This document shows, piece after piece, positions 7,037-15,714 of a stretch of 43,558 bases of DNA (positions within the stretch are counted from its first letter, which is position 1; the number at the start of each line of letters is the position of its first letter). The notes under the pieces are model-generated. The model saw nothing but the letters and a program-made list of their open reading frames with translations, was not told the origin of the DNA and made no database searches. Position numbers and translations under genes: made by a program. This DNA is from an uncultured Candidatus Saccharibacteria bacterium (GTDB taxonomy: Bacteria; Patescibacteriota; Minisyncoccia; Phycocordibacterales; Phycocordibacteraceae). The stretch lies in NCBI GenBank assembly GCA_964395025.1, contig CAYMZP010000003.1, positions 1-43,558 of the forward strand, written 5' to 3'.

Positions 7037-8017
7037 ATGTCAAGTCCTCCCAAAGACCCCACACTTCGTGATCAGTCACTTGATTCAGCACTCCGCCCTG
7101 CTGTTTGGGAAGAGTATGTCGGGCAAAGTCACGTAAAAGCCAACGTGACGGTGGTGCTTGAGGCTGCGAAAAAGCGCGGAGACATGCCGGAGCACATTCT
7201 TTTCTATGGCCCTCCCGGCGTTGGAAAGACCACGCTCGCTCACCTCGTTGCGACAACCCTTGGCGCTCCACTAAAACAGACGTCTGGTGTCGCGCTTGAG
7301 CGCGCAGGAGACCTCGCCGCAATTCTCACGAACCTTGAGCCGGGCACCGTGCTCTTTATAGATGAAATACATCGCCTTGGTTCAAAGATTGAAGAACTCC
7401 TCTACCCTGCTCTTGAGTCAGGTGCGCTTGATATTGTGCTTGGTAAAGGACCTTCGGCGCGCACCGTACAACTTTCTCTCCCACCGTTCACGCTCATAGG
7501 GGCTACGACACGCATGGCTCAGCTCTCGGGTCCGCTTCGCTCTCGCTTTGGCGGTGGTGTGTACCAGCTTGATTTCTATTCCGACGCCGACCTGCGCAAC
7601 ATCCTTGCACGCTCGGCTCGCGTTCTTCAGCTTTCTGTTCCAAAAGATGTTGTGGAGCGCGTTGCCTCAAGAAGTCGTGCCACACCTCGTATCGGAAATG
7701 CGCTCCTAAAGCGCATCCGTGACTTTGCACAGGTAAACGAAGTGGAAATAACACCTGAGGTGTGTGACGACGCATGCGAACTGTTTGGCATTGACGAACA
7801 GGGGCTCACAAAAGACGATCGGCGCTACCTTGAAACACTTCAGAATGGTTTTAAAGGAGGTCCTGCCGGCATTCGCGCACTTGCTTCCGCACTCCACGAA
7901 GACCCTGACACTGTTGAGAACGTATACGAACCCTACCTACTCCGTCTTGGTCTTATTGAGCGTTCGGCACGCGGTCGCGTACTTACGGAGAAAGGAAAAG
8001 AGTACTTGAACTCATAG
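7037..8017 (+). CDS. ruvB: Holliday junction branch migration ATPase RuvB
   Basis: RP..W.EYVGQ, Walker A GPPGVGKTTLA, Walker B LFIDEIHRL, sensor TLIGATTR, and a C-terminal winged-helix region. Confidence 0.95.
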   Translation: MSSPPKDPTLRDQSLDSALRPAVWEEYVGQSHVKANVTVVLEAAKKRGDMPEHILFYGPPGVGKTTLAHLVATTLGAPLKQTSGVALERAGDLAAILTNLEPGTVLFIDEIHRLGSKIEELLYPALESGALDIVLGKGPSARTVQLSLPPFTLIGATTRMAQLSGPLRSRFGGGVYQLDFYSDADLRNILARSARVLQLSVPKDVVERVASRSRATPRIGNALLKRIRDFAQVNEVEITPEVCDDACELFGIDEQGLTKDDRRYLETLQNGFKGGPAGIRALASALHEDPDTVENVYEPYLLRLGLIERSARGRVLTEKGKEYLNS

Positions 8018-8073
8018 CGAGTAGAGTAAGCGCGCACTCATCTACTGTTACCTGTTTCCTGTACACTATGCTT

Positions 8074-8634
8074 ATGGCTGGTCACTCTAAGTGGGCACAA
8101 ATAAAACGCCAAAAGGCAGTCACTGATGCGGCAAAGAGTCGTGCTTTTTCGCGTTTTGCACGAGAAATTACGCTTGAGTCAAAAAAGGTTGCCGGCAATG
8201 TATCCTCTCCTTCCCTTTCAGCAATCATTACGCGCGCAAAGGCCATGAATATGCCTAAAGACAACATTGACCGCGCAGTTGCTAAAGGCACGAGTGTGGG
8301 AGGTGCAGATCTTGAGCAAGTGTCGTATGAGTTTTATGGGCCAGGCGGAGTCGCAATTATTGCAACTGCGGTAACCGACAGTAAAAACCGCACCACGCAG
8401 GAAATAAAACACCTGCTTTCAAAAAACGGCTACGAGCTTGGCATCCCAGGCTCTGCATCGTGGGCATTTCAAAAATCTTCCGACGGTCGCTATACGGCAA
8501 ATCTGCCTCACATGGAAGTTGCTGGGAGCGATGAAGAAAAACTTGGAGAAATCCTTTCCCAACTGGATGAGTATGACGACGTCCAAGAAGTGTTCACTAA
8601 CGCGCTTGGCTACGAAAACACCTCCGACTCCTAA
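8074..8634 (+). CDS. yebC: YebC/PmpR family DNA-binding regulator (short form)
   Basis: Canonical N-terminus MAGHSKWAQIKRQK and YEFYGPGGVAII...NRT. TACACT lies 6 nt upstream of the ATG at 8074; the track start at 8068 adds ML. About 186 aa against roughly 240 typical. Confidence 0.85.
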   Translation: MAGHSKWAQIKRQKAVTDAAKSRAFSRFAREITLESKKVAGNVSSPSLSAIITRAKAMNMPKDNIDRAVAKGTSVGGADLEQVSYEFYGPGGVAIIATAVTDSKNRTTQEIKHLLSKNGYELGIPGSASWAFQKSSDGRYTANLPHMEVAGSDEEKLGEILSQLDEYDDVQEVFTNALGYENTSDS

Positions 8635-8696
8635 CATGAATCTTTCTTTTTCTTTCATCTTGCCTACTCCCTACTGCTTACTACCTACTTCCTCCT

Positions 8697-9164
8697 ATGC
8701 GTGTACTGGGGATTGATCCGGGTTTTGACCGCCTCGGTCTTGCGGTACTTGAAGGAGACCCTTCGCGCCCTACACATGTCTGGAGTGACTGTGTTACGCC
8801 AGAGAAAGGAACTATGGAAGTGCGTTTAGCGAAAGTGCAAGAAGCAGTGAACAAGGTGCTCCGCACGTACAAACCAGAAGTTCTCGCGCTTGAAACGCTT
8901 TTTTTTAGTACGAATAAACGAACCGCTATGAAAGTGGCGGAAGCGCGTGGCGCAGTGCTTTCTGTCGCAGGTGAAGCGGGTATACCCGTCCGTGAATACT
9001 CGCCGGGAACGATAAAGCTTGCGGTTACAGGAAATGGACGAGCTGATAAAAGTGCCATTGCCCGGATACTCCCTCACCTGTTGTCTCTCCCCTCCAAAAA
9101 ACGTCTTGACGACGAGCTTGATGCTATTGCAGTTGCTGTTTGCGCACTTGCGAGTCGTGGGTAG
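8697..9164 (+). CDS. ruvC: Crossover junction endodeoxyribonuclease RuvC
   Basis: MRVLGIDPGFDRLGLAVLE, ALETLFF (catalytic Glu) and DELDAIAVAVC (C-terminal catalytic Asp) are typical of RuvC. Confidence 0.9.
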   Translation: MRVLGIDPGFDRLGLAVLEGDPSRPTHVWSDCVTPEKGTMEVRLAKVQEAVNKVLRTYKPEVLALETLFFSTNKRTAMKVAEARGAVLSVAGEAGIPVREYSPGTIKLAVTGNGRADKSAIARILPHLLSLPSKKRLDDELDAIAVAVCALASRG

Positions 9165-9254
9165 TGGATATCCCCCATTTGCAAACCGCAAAGGGTTTGC
9201 TACATATACTCCAGTCCGCGTAAGCGGCAAAAAAAATAACCACTTTGTCTTTGC

Positions 9255-9383
9255 ATGAGCGACGACGACATGATGGGCGCGGGCGATGAAATGGCAGAAG
9301 AAGAAATGGATGACACCGAAGGAGACATGGAAGATGACGATGCTCCGTTAGGTGACGAAGAGGAAGAGAGTGAGTCGTGGTAA
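9255..9383 (+). CDS. Possible micro-ORF encoding a 42 aa hyper-acidic peptide
   Basis: Hand translated: MSDDDMMGAGDEMAEEEMDDTEGDMEDDDAPLGDEEEESESW. Followed 17 nt later by a hairpin with a T tract. No clear Shine-Dalgarno sequence. Low-complexity sequence also gives ORFs on the opposite strand. Confidence 0.3.
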   Translation: MSDDDMMGAGDEMAEEEMDDTEGDMEDDDAPLGDEEEESESW

Positions 9384-9400
9384 ACCACACCCCTCTTTGC

Positions 9401-9424
9401 AAAGCGACCTACCAAGGTCGCTTT
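9401..9424 (+). terminator. Intrinsic terminator-like hairpin
   Basis: aaagcgacc / ggtcgcttt is a 9 bp stem with loop taccaa, followed by tcgcatt. Confidence 0.5.
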
Positions 9425-9481
9425 TCGCATTCACACAAGCGAGTATAGGACTTCTTTCGCGAGGTTTGCTACGATACAAAA

Positions 9482-11680
9482 GTGAAACGAAAAAGCGTCA
9501 AAGCGCTCGTTGAGAAAACGCTTCGCCACCCAGGACCTGTCGCTCAGGCAGGCTTTGTTGTTGTGGGTGCAGGACTCTTTCTCCTTGGAGTAAGTATTCT
9601 ATGGGTTGCTCTCACGCCCGTACCAGACCTCAACACGCTCTCCACGAGGAAAATAAGTGAGTCCACGAAAATTCTTGATCGCACTGGCACCACAGTGCTC
9701 CATGACCTCAATCCAGACGTAACGCGCGACATGCGTCCGTATGAGGATATTTCTCCAAACGTTATAAACGCTACGATTGCCGTTGAAGATGACAGCTTCT
9801 ACGACCATGCAGGATTTCGTCCGCTCTCCTTCCTTCGCGCCGTGCTGGTCAACTTGCGTATTATTCCGGGCGTCCTTGGTCAGGGCGGTTCCACCATCAC
9901 TCAACAGGTAGTGAAAAATACCATTCTCACCAATGAAAAAAGTATTGTGCGCAAAGTGCACGAAATTATTCTTGCCGTAAAACTGGAACAAAAATATTCA
10001 AAGCAAGAAATACTTGAGCTCTATTTCAACAATACACCATATGGTGGAACCCTGTATGGAATAGAGGCTGCCTCTCGCGCGTTTTTTGGAAAATCAGCAA
10101 GCGAACTTACGCTACCAGAGGGTGCATACCTCGCCGCGATTCCCCAAGCGCCTACCCGCTACTCTCCGTACGGAAACAACCGCGAACTTCTTGATGCTCG
10201 CAAAGACTACGCGCTTGACCGTATGGCTTCACTCGGCATGATTACCAAAGAAGAAGCAGCTGCCGCAAAAGCAACCGTAGTGACGTTTGCACCGCAACGC
10301 GAAAATTCTATTATTGCTCCCCACTTCGTTTTCTACATTCAACAGTACCTAGAAGAAACATACGGGCCGTCGGCACTTACGGATGGCCTGGTCGTTACCA
10401 CAACACTTGATGTAGACCTCCAACGCGAAGCCGAGGCAATCGTAAAACCGTACGCAATCGAAAACGAAACGCGCGTTGGTGCGGAAAACGCAGCATTGCT
10501 TGCACTTGACCCTAAGACGGGACACATCCTTACCATGATTGGCTCGCGCGACTACTTTGACGAGAACATAGACGGAAACTACAACATCGTCCTTGCTAAA
10601 CGTCAGCCAGGATCTTCTTTCAAGCCGTTTGTGTACGCAACAGCACTTCTTAAGGGATACACCACGCAGACAGCAATTTTTGACCTTCCAACGCAGTTTT
10701 CAACGGCATGTAGACCAGAAGATATCGATAAGCACGAATACCCGTGCTATGCGCCAGGAAACTACGACGATAAGTTTCGCGGGCCAATGACCTTCACCAC
10801 CGCGCTTGCACAATCTATAAACATTCCTGCCGTTAAAACGATGTACCTTGCAGGCATTGAAAATGTCATAGACCTCGCGACCCGCATGGGTATTACTACA
10901 CTTGGGGACGCAAAAAACTATGGTCTCTCTCTTGCGCTTGGTGCAGGCGAAGTGCGTCTCCTTGATCTTGTCTCTGCATATGGTGTTTTTGCAGCAGACG
11001 GTGTTCGCCACGAACCGACTGGCATTTTAAAGGTTGAAGACGCCAAGGGTCGTGTGCTTGAAGAATACGAGTCTAAGCCGGTAGAGGTGCTTGATGCCGG
11101 TGTTGCACGAGACATCTCTTGGATGCTCTCAAACAATGAGGCGCGTTTCCCTGAGTACTCTGCAGTGAATCCCTTTGCAATCCCTGGTCATGACGTGGCA
11201 GCAAAAACTGGTACCACAAACGAATACCGCGATGCGTGGACAGTGGGCTACACTCCACAGATTGTCGTCGGCGTATGGGCAGGAAACAACGACAACCGTC
11301 CTATGCAAAAACGGGTTGCGGGATTCATCGTCTCCCCCATGTGGCGTCAGTTTATGGATGTTGCTATGGAACACTATGGCAACGAATACTTTGCTGAGCC
11401 TCGTCCGATTCCAGACAACGCCCCCCTCCCTCTTCGAGGAATTTATAGTTCAGGAGATGAAACGGAAGCACATGAAATACTGCATTTTATAAACAAGGAC
11501 GCCCCCCTTTCTTTTGGTAACTCAAGGGGCGATGCTCAGTATCCTTATTGGGAATATGCTATTTCGGCTTGGGTTGGAGTGGCTGAAAACATGTCAGGGG
11601 AACAAACAGGAGAAATTGAAGAGACTGCAGCAGAACGCCGTGCTCGCCTACGCCGCGAACGCCTAGAAAACGACAATTAG
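9482..11680 (+). CDS. Class A penicillin-binding protein (transglycosylase/transpeptidase, PBP1A family)
   Basis: N-terminal TM. GT51 motifs: EDDSFYDHAGF, GGSTITQQ, RKV.E. Transpeptidase motifs: SSFKP (SxxK) and KTGTT. GTG start with TACGAT 6 nt upstream. Confidence 0.9.
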   Translation: MKRKSVKALVEKTLRHPGPVAQAGFVVVGAGLFLLGVSILWVALTPVPDLNTLSTRKISESTKILDRTGTTVLHDLNPDVTRDMRPYEDISPNVINATIAVEDDSFYDHAGFRPLSFLRAVLVNLRIIPGVLGQGGSTITQQVVKNTILTNEKSIVRKVHEIILAVKLEQKYSKQEILELYFNNTPYGGTLYGIEAASRAFFGKSASELTLPEGAYLAAIPQAPTRYSPYGNNRELLDARKDYALDRMASLGMITKEEAAAAKATVVTFAPQRENSIIAPHFVFYIQQYLEETYGPSALTDGLVVTTTLDVDLQREAEAIVKPYAIENETRVGAENAALLALDPKTGHILTMIGSRDYFDENIDGNYNIVLAKRQPGSSFKPFVYATALLKGYTTQTAIFDLPTQFSTACRPEDIDKHEYPCYAPGNYDDKFRGPMTFTTALAQSINIPAVKTMYLAGIENVIDLATRMGITTLGDAKNYGLSLALGAGEVRLLDLVSAYGVFAADGVRHEPTGILKVEDAKGRVLEEYESKPVEVLDAGVARDISWMLSNNEARFPEYSAVNPFAIPGHDVAAKTGTTNEYRDAWTVGYTPQIVVGVWAGNNDNRPMQKRVAGFIVSPMWRQFMDVAMEHYGNEYFAEPRPIPDNAPLPLRGIYSSGDETEAHEILHFINKDAPLSFGNSRGDAQYPYWEYAISAWVGVAENMSGEQTGEIEETAAERRARLRRERLENDN

Positions 11681-11683
11681 GAA

Positions 11684-12784
11684 TTACTGATTCATCGGCA
11701 TCACGAGATATAAGAACGAGGTGTCACCCACCCCTTTAAGGACAAGTGGTCGACCAATTCCTGCAGTAGAAACCGTCATGCTTTCACTATGCATAAGTGA
11801 AAGAGGCGCCTGAATGTATCGGTGGTTAAAAGAGAGCTCTAGAGAACCCCCAGTAAGACGCGCAGGAATGCTTTCTGAAGCTTCCCCTATATCATTGTTA
11901 CGTGCTGAAAACACCAACGAACTCTCTTTCCCATCAAACCCAAGACGTATCTTTTGAAATGAGTCAGAGAAAACAGCGGTACGTTTTAGTGCAGATTCAA
12001 AATCTTTCCTAAGAATGGTCGCTTCTGCAGAAAATGTTTTTGGAATAATTTGTGTGTAGTCAGGATATTGAAGTGCCACTAGTCGTGTTGTAACCGTACC
12101 GAGGTTCCACGAAAATGACGCGAGATGTTCTCCAAAAACAATAGTGAGTTCTGAATCAGGTATGGTCTGCACAATATCAAGAGCATTTTTTGCAGGAATA
12201 AGAACAGAAAAAGGAATAATACCTTTTTCTACCGGTACCTTCTTTTCCGCAAGACGAAAAGAGTCTGTAGCAACTGCTTTAACTGTATTATTCTCTGCCG
12301 AAAGGAAAACACTCGCGAGTTCCGGACGAACTGTTGAAGGAGAAGCACAGGAAGCAACGGTACTGATAAGACTCTTAAAAAGGGTCCCTGGAAGTATTAT
12401 TTTTGTTTTCTCGTCTTCCGGACTTGGGAGTGCAGGAAAATCATCATAGGAGAGTGTTTTGACTGTTCCTCGTGCTTTTCCAGAAGAAAAAATAACAACA
12501 TCTTCTTTCTGCTCGAGTGTAAGCAATCCTTCTGAAGAAAAAGAATTGGTTATTTCCCTTAAAACATTTGCTGGAAGTGCCACAGAACCCTCTTTTTTAA
12601 TTGTTCCTGGAATACGAAGTTGTATTCCTGTTTCTAGGTTTGTTGCTTGAAGAGTAATGTTTCTGTCAGCAACAGTGAGGGCTATTCCTGAAAGAGAAGG
12701 GAGTGTTCCTGCTCTACGTTCTGCAAAACGAGAAACAATCCCCACTGCAGAACTAAACTCTTTTTTTTCTAAAGTGATAAACAT
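11684..12784 (-). CDS. dnaN: DNA polymerase III beta sliding clamp
   Basis: 366 aa with a three-domain clamp-like pattern, a C-terminal MPMNQ-type ending, and a position directly downstream of dnaA. Confidence 0.9.
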   Translation of the reverse strand: MFITLEKKEFSSAVGIVSRFAERRAGTLPSLSGIALTVADRNITLQATNLETGIQLRIPGTIKKEGSVALPANVLREITNSFSSEGLLTLEQKEDVVIFSSGKARGTVKTLSYDDFPALPSPEDEKTKIILPGTLFKSLISTVASCASPSTVRPELASVFLSAENNTVKAVATDSFRLAEKKVPVEKGIIPFSVLIPAKNALDIVQTIPDSELTIVFGEHLASFSWNLGTVTTRLVALQYPDYTQIIPKTFSAEATILRKDFESALKRTAVFSDSFQKIRLGFDGKESSLVFSARNNDIGEASESIPARLTGGSLELSFNHRYIQAPLSLMHSESMTVSTAGIGRPLVLKGVGDTSFLYLVMPMNQ

Positions 12785-12832
12785 AATTATTAGGACTTAT
12801 TAGTGCTGTTGATATGGGGATTTTGTATAGCG

Positions 12833-12848
12833 CCTTGTATATACAAGG
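12833..12848. repeat. Perfect 16 bp palindrome ccttgtatatacaagg with a plus-strand T run
   Basis: Lies in the dnaA-dnaN spacer, preceded by gcg and followed by tttttt. Related to the palindromes at 4876-4886 and 43179-43214. Confidence 0.6.
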
Positions 12849-12990
12849 TTTTTTCATTGGAGGTAGAAAATGAAGCTGGGGAAAACAAGGAAAAGAAAAA
12901 CGAGATTTTGGGGAGAAGGTAGGAGGAGAAGAAAGAACTCAACATGCTCTTGTTAGTATTCCCCAGTATTGTCAGCGTCTTTTCCATACC

Positions 12991-12999
12991 TTATACACA
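12991..12999 (+). promoter_or_regulatory. DnaA-box-like 9-mer TTATACACA
   Basis: Fits TTATNCACA. Lies just after the dnaA stop, in the dnaA-dnaN spacer. Confidence 0.4.
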
Positions 13000-13000
13000 A

Positions 13001-14347
13001 CTATACTAACAACCCCCGAATGTCTTGAATCTCTTTTGCAAGATCAACATCATCCACCACCTCTCGCTTCACTTTTTCGCAAGAATGAATAACGGTGGTG
13101 TGGTCACGCCCGCCCAGCTTACTACCGATAGTCGGATAGGACACACTAAAGTCTTCTCGCAGGATATACATAATCACCTGACGAGGGCGTACCACTTCCC
13201 TACGGCGGGTTTTTTCATATATGGAGTCCTCATCTATTCCATAAAACTCTGCCACCTTAGATACCACATGCTTCACAGAAACTGACTTTGTTGGTCGCGA
13301 GAAAGAACGAAGTGATTGACGCACTTCAGCCAAATCTGGTGCCCCTCCCTTTACTTGTGCATGACAGACGATGGAATTTATAACTCCTTCAAGTTCGCGT
13401 ATAGAACCGCCCACAGATGTCGCCACATGCTCTATTACATCATCGCTCAGGAGCACGCCGTGGAGCGCTGCTTTTTTACGCACAATAGCGATGCGGGACT
13501 CTGTATCAGGTTCACCAATATCTACCGTCATGCCACTCGCAAGACGTCCGCGTACACGGTCGGCAATGTCCGGTATTGCCTGTGGGGGTCTATCAGACGA
13601 GAAAATGATTTGTTTGTTGTTGTCGTGGAGCGCGTTAAACAGATGGAAAAGCTCTTCCTGCGTTTTCTCTTTTTTCGCAAGGAACTGAATGTCATCCATA
13701 ATAAGGAGGTCGTACTGGCGGTACTTTTCCTTAAAACGGTTACCGTTACCTTGCTGAATTGAGTCAGTGTACTCAACAGCGAACTTCTCCGAAGTGAGGT
13801 AATAGACCTTCCGCGTCGGGTAGAGCTTTTTAAACTGGTTGCCTATTGCTTGAATAAGGTGTGTCTTCCCTCGCCCTGTTTCTCCGTAGATAAAGAGCGG
13901 ATTGTACGTAATGCCAGGACGTTCTATTGCTGCTTTTGCAGCCGCGTACGCAAGTTCATTAAAAGAACCTATAACAAAGGTTTCAAAGGTATATCGCGGA
14001 TTGAGATTATCGCTTTTGTTTATGTAGAACTCATCAAGGGGTAGTTCAGTATTTGGCCGTTCTCGCTTCTCGGTCTTAGGTTTTCGCCCAGCGTCTTTAA
14101 CAATAAGATACTCGATGTTTCTAAACTCGTATGAGACGTCTCGTATTATCTTGAGGAGGAGCGTATGGAACTTCTTTAAGTACCAGTCTCGAAAAAACTG
14201 ACTTGGAACGCCCACATACACAATCCCCTCTTCAATTTTTACGATGGCGCTTTCGCGGAACCACGTATTAAAGTTGGCGGGAGAGATAGAAAGTTCCACT
14301 TGAGCGAGCACGTGTTCCCAAAGCTCATGAGGATCTTGTTTATTCAT
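13001..14347 (-). CDS. dnaA: Chromosomal replication initiator DnaA
   Basis: ORF 13001..14398; start at MNKQDPHELWEHVLAQVELSISPANFNTWF. Walker A GETGRGKTHL, Walker B LLIMDDIQF, sensor and box VII motifs. C-terminal DNA-binding motif GGRDHTTVIHSCEKV. Confidence 0.95.
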   Translation of the reverse strand: MNKQDPHELWEHVLAQVELSISPANFNTWFRESAIVKIEEGIVYVGVPSQFFRDWYLKKFHTLLLKIIRDVSYEFRNIEYLIVKDAGRKPKTEKRERPNTELPLDEFYINKSDNLNPRYTFETFVIGSFNELAYAAAKAAIERPGITYNPLFIYGETGRGKTHLIQAIGNQFKKLYPTRKVYYLTSEKFAVEYTDSIQQGNGNRFKEKYRQYDLLIMDDIQFLAKKEKTQEELFHLFNALHDNNKQIIFSSDRPPQAIPDIADRVRGRLASGMTVDIGEPDTESRIAIVRKKAALHGVLLSDDVIEHVATSVGGSIRELEGVINSIVCHAQVKGGAPDLAEVRQSLRSFSRPTKSVSVKHVVSKVAEFYGIDEDSIYEKTRRREVVRPRQVIMYILREDFSVSYPTIGSKLGGRDHTTVIHSCEKVKREVVDDVDLAKEIQDIRGLLV

Positions 14348-14482
14348 TGTCCGGTAGTATACCTGAAGCAGATAGGGGTGCGCGAGCCGTATTGACAAAG
14401 CACCAAGAGATACTATCCATGAAGTTATACAGTGTTCATGCGGTCACTTCCTTGTCCCCTGGCAAATGACCTGTTACTATCC

Positions 14483-14491
14483 TGTGGATAA
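14483..14491 (+). promoter_or_regulatory. Perfect DnaA box TGTGGATAA
   Basis: Exact consensus (reverse of TTATCCACA) in the dnaA-rpmH divergent spacer. Weaker relatives lie nearby (ttatacagt, actatccat). Confidence 0.55.
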
Positions 14492-14509
14492 GACCTAACT
14501 AACGAAAGC

Positions 14510-14653
14510 ATGCCTAAGCGTACCTATCAGCCAAAGAAACGTAAACGCGCAAAGACCCACGGCTTTAAAACCCGTACAAAAACCGCTTCTGGGAAGAAAT
14601 TGCTCGCACGCCGTCGTCAAAAAGGCCGTAAGCGCCTCTCTGTTTCGGGCTAA
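14510..14653 (+). CDS. rpmH: 50S ribosomal protein L34
   Basis: Below the ORF-track cutoff, hand translated: [47 protein letters not shown]. This is a canonical L34 sequence, and the rpmH-rnpA-yidC synteny supports it. Confidence 0.95.
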   Translation: MPKRTYQPKKRKRAKTHGFKTRTKTASGKKLLARRRQKGRKRLSVSG

Positions 14654-14665
14654 TCAAGCGGACAC

Positions 14666-14980
14666 ATGCTTCCGCGACGCCTCCGTCTCTCTCGCGCCAC
14701 GTTCCCTCGTGCGCAAGGCGGTATGCGCGCAGTATCCCCCTCTTTCTCTGCAACATACAGTCCCGCAAGAACTGGAGGCTGTGCCGTGGTTGTTTCTAAG
14801 GCGGTCGCAAAAAGAGCCGTGGCGCGACACCTATTGAAGCGTCGGATGCTTTCAGTGATGCGTCCGTGGTGTAGAAGTGAGCATACGCTGGTAGTGTATG
14901 CCCGGAGTGGTGCGACATCCCTCCCCTTTCATAGGCTTCAGGTAGAATTGAGAGAATTACTTACTCGGCTCGTTCGCTAA
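14666..14980 (+). CDS. rnpA: Ribonuclease P protein component
   Basis: Basic 104 aa protein with VVVSKAVAKRAVARHLLKRRM (the RNR-type motif region). Located between rpmH and yidC. Confidence 0.85.
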   Translation: MLPRRLRLSRATFPRAQGGMRAVSPSFSATYSPARTGGCAVVVSKAVAKRAVARHLLKRRMLSVMRPWCRSEHTLVVYARSGATSLPFHRLQVELRELLTRLVR

Positions 14981-14989
14981 CACTTTTCT

Positions 14990-15706
14990 ATGTTTATAGA
15001 CTACATATACCTTCCTATCTATAACCTCCTTACCTTTTTCGTGGATACGATTCCAGGAGGCGACCTCGGGCTTGCCGTGATAGCGGTAACGCTTGCGGTG
15101 CGGTTTGTCTTCCTGCCCATCTCCCTTTCTGCAGCACGTACACAAGCCGCGATGAAAGAAATTCAGCCTCAATTGACCGATATACGAGAAAAATATAAAA
15201 CCGACCCCCAGGCACAAGCAAAAGCAATGTTTGCGCTCTACAAGGAACACAAGGTGAAGCCGTTCTCAAGCATGCTCATGATGGTGCTTCAGATTCCTGT
15301 GCTCTTCGGACTCTTCTTTGTAACTCAGGATGTTGCGCGCTACGGCATTGATGCCTTGCTTCTCTATCCCTTTATTCCAGCACCAGAAACACTCTCCGTT
15401 CTTTTCTTTGGCATCCTTCCTGTCGCAGCTTCCTCAATAGTGCTCGCTCTTCTTGCAGGGGGAACGCAGTTCCTCTATGCACGACAAGCAGTTCCTATTC
15501 CCGAAAAGAAAGCGGGCGCAGGCATGCAAGAAGAGTTTGGTCGTGCCATGGCTATACAGGTGCGCTACCTATTCCCCGTTCTTATTGCGTTTTTTGCACT
15601 TGCATCAGGCGCAGTGGCCCTCTATTTCACCGCAACCAATATTTTTATGTTGGTGCAAGATATTGCTGTTAAAAGGACTAAAGCAAAAGTGGTTGCCACC
15701 GCCTAA
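14990..15706 (+). CDS. yidC: Membrane protein insertase YidC (short, Oxa1-like form)
   Basis: GLAVIAVTLAVRFVFLPIS...Q..M.EIQP......KYK.D.Q......M.LYKEHKVKPF....LMMVLQIPVLFGLF is the typical 60 kDa_IMP core. Five predicted TM segments. Confidence 0.9.
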   Translation: MFIDYIYLPIYNLLTFFVDTIPGGDLGLAVIAVTLAVRFVFLPISLSAARTQAAMKEIQPQLTDIREKYKTDPQAQAKAMFALYKEHKVKPFSSMLMMVLQIPVLFGLFFVTQDVARYGIDALLLYPFIPAPETLSVLFFGILPVAASSIVLALLAGGTQFLYARQAVPIPEKKAGAGMQEEFGRAMAIQVRYLFPVLIAFFALASGAVALYFTATNIFMLVQDIAVKRTKAKVVATA

Positions 15707-15714
15707 ATCTTCTA

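Noticed and set aside
12790-12987. Track ORF 12790..12987 (-, 65 aa) and a plus-strand 28 aa basic micro-ORF (12870..12956, MKLGKTRKRKTRFWGEGRRRRKNSTCSC) with a GGAGG 6 nt upstream.
   Set aside because: Both arise from a strongly purine/pyrimidine-skewed low-complexity spacer between dnaA and dnaN. Neither has supporting context; the only hairpin lies upstream of the plus-strand ORF. The Shine-Dalgarno-like GGAGG is part of the purine run.
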